From assembly GCA_002633005.1 (NCBI GenBank), contig NMRA01000010.1, forward strand, positions 489,252-553,251: 64,000 nt of DNA, read 5' to 3'. Below, in pieces: positions 61,401-64,000 of the stretch (position 1 is the first letter of the stretch; each line of letters opens with the position of its first letter). The position numbers were made by a program, and so were the translations under genes. The notes under the pieces were generated by a model. The model was not told the DNA's origin, did not search any database, and worked only from the letters and a program-made list of their open reading frames with translations. The DNA comes from Phoronis australis (taxonomy: Eukaryota > Animalia > Phoronida).

Positions 61401-64000
61401 ATCCGCCACTGGAGTAACTGGAATGACACGTCATGACGTTTCATGACAGGTCATTACCAATCGCGACAGAGAAACAGAATTTTGTCCGATTACTTTTGCG
61501 GTGCACTACTCAATAACCTTGTACCGCTGTCACCATTTAAAGTACTCACCAAAGTTTCCAAGTCAACTTGTTCTTTCTGAAAAACATCTAAGAAATTAGT
61601 GAGAGACAATCTCTCTAGAAGGGCTTCAAGACTTGTATCCTCAGCACTGGTGTTTTCTGCCATGTCTGCGTCCAAGGGTTGTACCTTGAAAGTGTAAAAA
61701 GAAACTGTGAAAAGGCACTTATCTGTGCTCATGCTTATGATACTAAGTATGAGGCTAGAAAAATAACAAATTGAAATAAAAATCCCACCACCAAAGTTCA
61801 ACTCATTTGGCTGTTCCATGTACTACACTTAATGCTGACACCTACCTCCAGAAACGACACAGGTTTATTTCAAATTAATTCTAAAGGTGAGAACTGATTT
61901 TCTGAAAATTTAAAACAACCGATTTCCACAGTAAGTTTGTTAGCATCACAGACCCGAGTGACAGCTATAATATTTTTATGCTGACACGTGTCGTACCATT
62001 GGCTACCCTGTCTTATGAAACAAAAAGCAATAGTTAACACTAATAACTTGAAAGCGGATAATTAACATTTTGTCATATGGTACTTATAGAAGCCACTATT
62101 TTACAACTGACCAGTTGGCAGGGTTAGTTTTTCTGAAAAATGAATGTTCATCTCATTGAGTATTTATGGGAAGAATAAACAAATGAGTCATGTGAACACA
62201 GACCTCCTCAGGCCCCTCCTGTTGGGCAGCTGTGTCAGGTTCTTCTGGTGTCGGGTCAGGGGTCACTTCCTGTCTAGTGCCAGCCTCTGTCTGATGACTC
62301 AGCAGATCAAAAACAATCAAAGAACCTGAAATGTATGAGATTAGCCATCAAGCAGCCAATTTACAACACACTGAGTTACCAATAAAAAATAATTTTGCTT
62401 TTTCTTCAACTAGTACAACAAAGAAGGGAAACTTTACTTTGCTGACATAACCAGTAGAGCAGTAATTCAGGAGACAAATTCAGTTAATATTTAAAATATC
62501 CAAACTAATGAAAAGCAAGGCAAAGCCACTGTATAAACCAGAGGACAACTCTTTTGTATTATACAGCCATGGCAATTTTGTAACAAGCACACTGCAAGAA
62601 CACCTGTAAAATGAAAAGACAGCTGTTTTCACTGCAATTACTTCTATACTACTTTCCTATAGCTACAAAAGAAAATCCCAGCTCGAGTCCTATAATGAAA
62701 TGTCCATAACAACGGAATTTCCATGATCACTCATGATCAAACATCAAATGAATGAACACAAATAAAAACTTAGTTCTTATATTTTTTAATCAATTTTAGC
62801 AAACCTAAAGATATTTTTGACAGCAAATATTCGAATAAATGTGACAATTTTATCCAAAGCCCATACTTGATGACCCCTAGGGGTAGACTACAACACTGAA
62901 TTTGAAGCTCTACCGTTGTTAAATAAGCCAACTTGGAATATTTAATAATCTGCATCTATCAAATACATCCATGCACATACTAAAATACAACAAAAATATG
63001 AAATAAAGTTGGAATGACAGTTTGCATTTAGGTATTAATTTCAGGTCCAATAATCACCAATAAAAACCAAGCCGCACCTAAACTGTGCCCTGTGAGCGAC
63101 ACTTGACCCCTAAATGAGGGATTCCTCTCCAAGAAGACACTGTAGAGCCTATTGATTTCACTTCCCACAGTCTGAGCGATCTGCTGGCAGTAACGAGGAC
63201 TTGAGTAGAACAAGATGTCCAACAGTGTGTTATTGGTGAAGTGGCGTAGCTTGGGTATACTGCGCAGAGTGATCGACTTCAGTTGTCTGAAAACAGTGAA
63301 ACAAGGGCAATTAACGACAACAATGGATACCAGAAAATGGTTCCTGAGCGTACGCCCATGATTTCCTTTTCCCATAACACGTAGACTAAACTGTAGTAAT
63401 TTTTATAAATAATTGGTGCCAAGTAAAAGTGAATGAATGAAGTCACAACACAACTTGCACGGGTTTTATTCATTTTGTGACAGATGTCCACAAGTTTTCC
63501 CTTGTGACTTCTCAAGTTTTTCTGGTATTCCATGATGACTGCACACAGGGTAGGACTAAGTACCAAAGAATTTCCTATATCAAAAAAATCGTAGAACGGA
63601 CAATCTACATTTATGACAGTCACAAAATATTACAGCTAGTATTAATTCAATGATAGCCTGATCCATAATCAAACTATGGCCATCTCAAAAACCTCCTTAT
63701 TGAAATGCATGCCTGTGAAATTATAAGGTAAAAAAGTTGACTAGCCACACCTTTGCCAAAAACGGCCACCTTAAGTGTCAGAGCAAAATAAATTGTACCA
63801 GTGGACAAGAGGGGATTCCACAAGAACTATCTCATGCAATGTCTCTCCATCCACACACGTAATGTCTCTATGTCTCTGTGCAATAAGCTGCACCTGTACA
63901 TGATGTAGGCTAGCTTACCTGTCTACACCTGTGGCGTCACCGTGTAGCGAATCATACCAGTACACAGGTAAGAACTCTACTCTGCCTACCCTGCCCTCTT
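55478..64000 (-). CDS. SEC23IP: SEC23-interacting protein p125 / DDHD2-type intracellular phospholipase A1 (SAM + DDHD domains), 5'-partial
   Basis: Coding exons (minus): >64000-63919, 63286-63078, 62325-62204, 61684-61550, 59784-59689, 58935-58823, 57934-57691, 57280-57178, 56815-56621, 56176-56041, 55820-55478; phases consistent. Motifs: RVEFLPV..GDATGVD, lipase GHSLGS, SAM-like [73 protein letters not shown]. Probably a pro-ortholog of vertebrate SEC23IP and DDHD2. Confidence 0.92.
56910..57058. repeat. (CT)n/(TA)n microsatellite and poly-C/T low-complexity tract containing an assembly gap (N 56987-56992)
   Basis: Direct reading. Confidence 0.9.
58024..58236 (+). mobile_element. MITE with perfect 13-bp TIR CAGGGCTTGGAAT (hAT-like ends)
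   Basis: cagggcttggaat ... attccaagccctg, with internal repeated caaaagaggaaa. Other copies at 25293-25505 and an end fragment at about 31590-31619. Confidence 0.8.
60598..60655 (-). mobile_element. tRNA-derived SINE head fragment
   Basis: The minus strand reads gacctgcacggttagcgaaaggccctgGGTTTGAGTCCctgtcgggggcagaa (B-box/T-arm-like, no full cloverleaf). A similar degenerate piece lies at about 47520-47575. Confidence 0.5.
61254..61411 (-). mobile_element. Short MITE with CAGTGGCGGATTCAG-type TIRs
   Basis: cataggccgatccaggg ... tcctgaatccgccactg, with internal repeated ggaccc(c) motifs. A related CAGTGGCGG end is at about 938. Confidence 0.7.

Overview
AT-rich, intron-dense animal genomic DNA. 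The gene set and MITE/SINE content suggest a marine invertebrate, possibly a lophotrochozoan (inference). Four spliced protein-coding genes can be rebuilt by hand with consistent GT-AG phases: CFAP206 (minus strand, 3' end runs off the left edge), SUPV3L1/SUV3 mitochondrial RNA helicase (plus, complete, about 797 aa), casein kinase 1 alpha (minus, complete, about 326 aa, with a 17.4-kb second intron) and a SEC23IP/DDHD2-type phospholipase A1 (minus, 5' end runs off the right edge). CFAP206 and SUV3 are head-to-head; SUV3 and CK1a are tail-to-tail. The most notable signals are: (i) four separate introns that begin with tandem repeats copying the exon end plus the 5' splice donor; (ii) a 9-residue Ser/Thr/Pro/His insertion replacing the CK1a beta2-beta3 hairpin; (iii) a very strong extra acceptor followed by stop codons at the position of the vertebrate CK1a L-insert; (iv) a C-terminal PPP-rich tail on the SEC23IP/DDHD2 protein; (v) a degenerate minimal hammerhead ribozyme and several MITEs and hairpins. 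All homology calls come from recalled family motifs, not database searches. I found no CRISPR arrays, rRNA, intact tRNA or autonomous transposon ORF.
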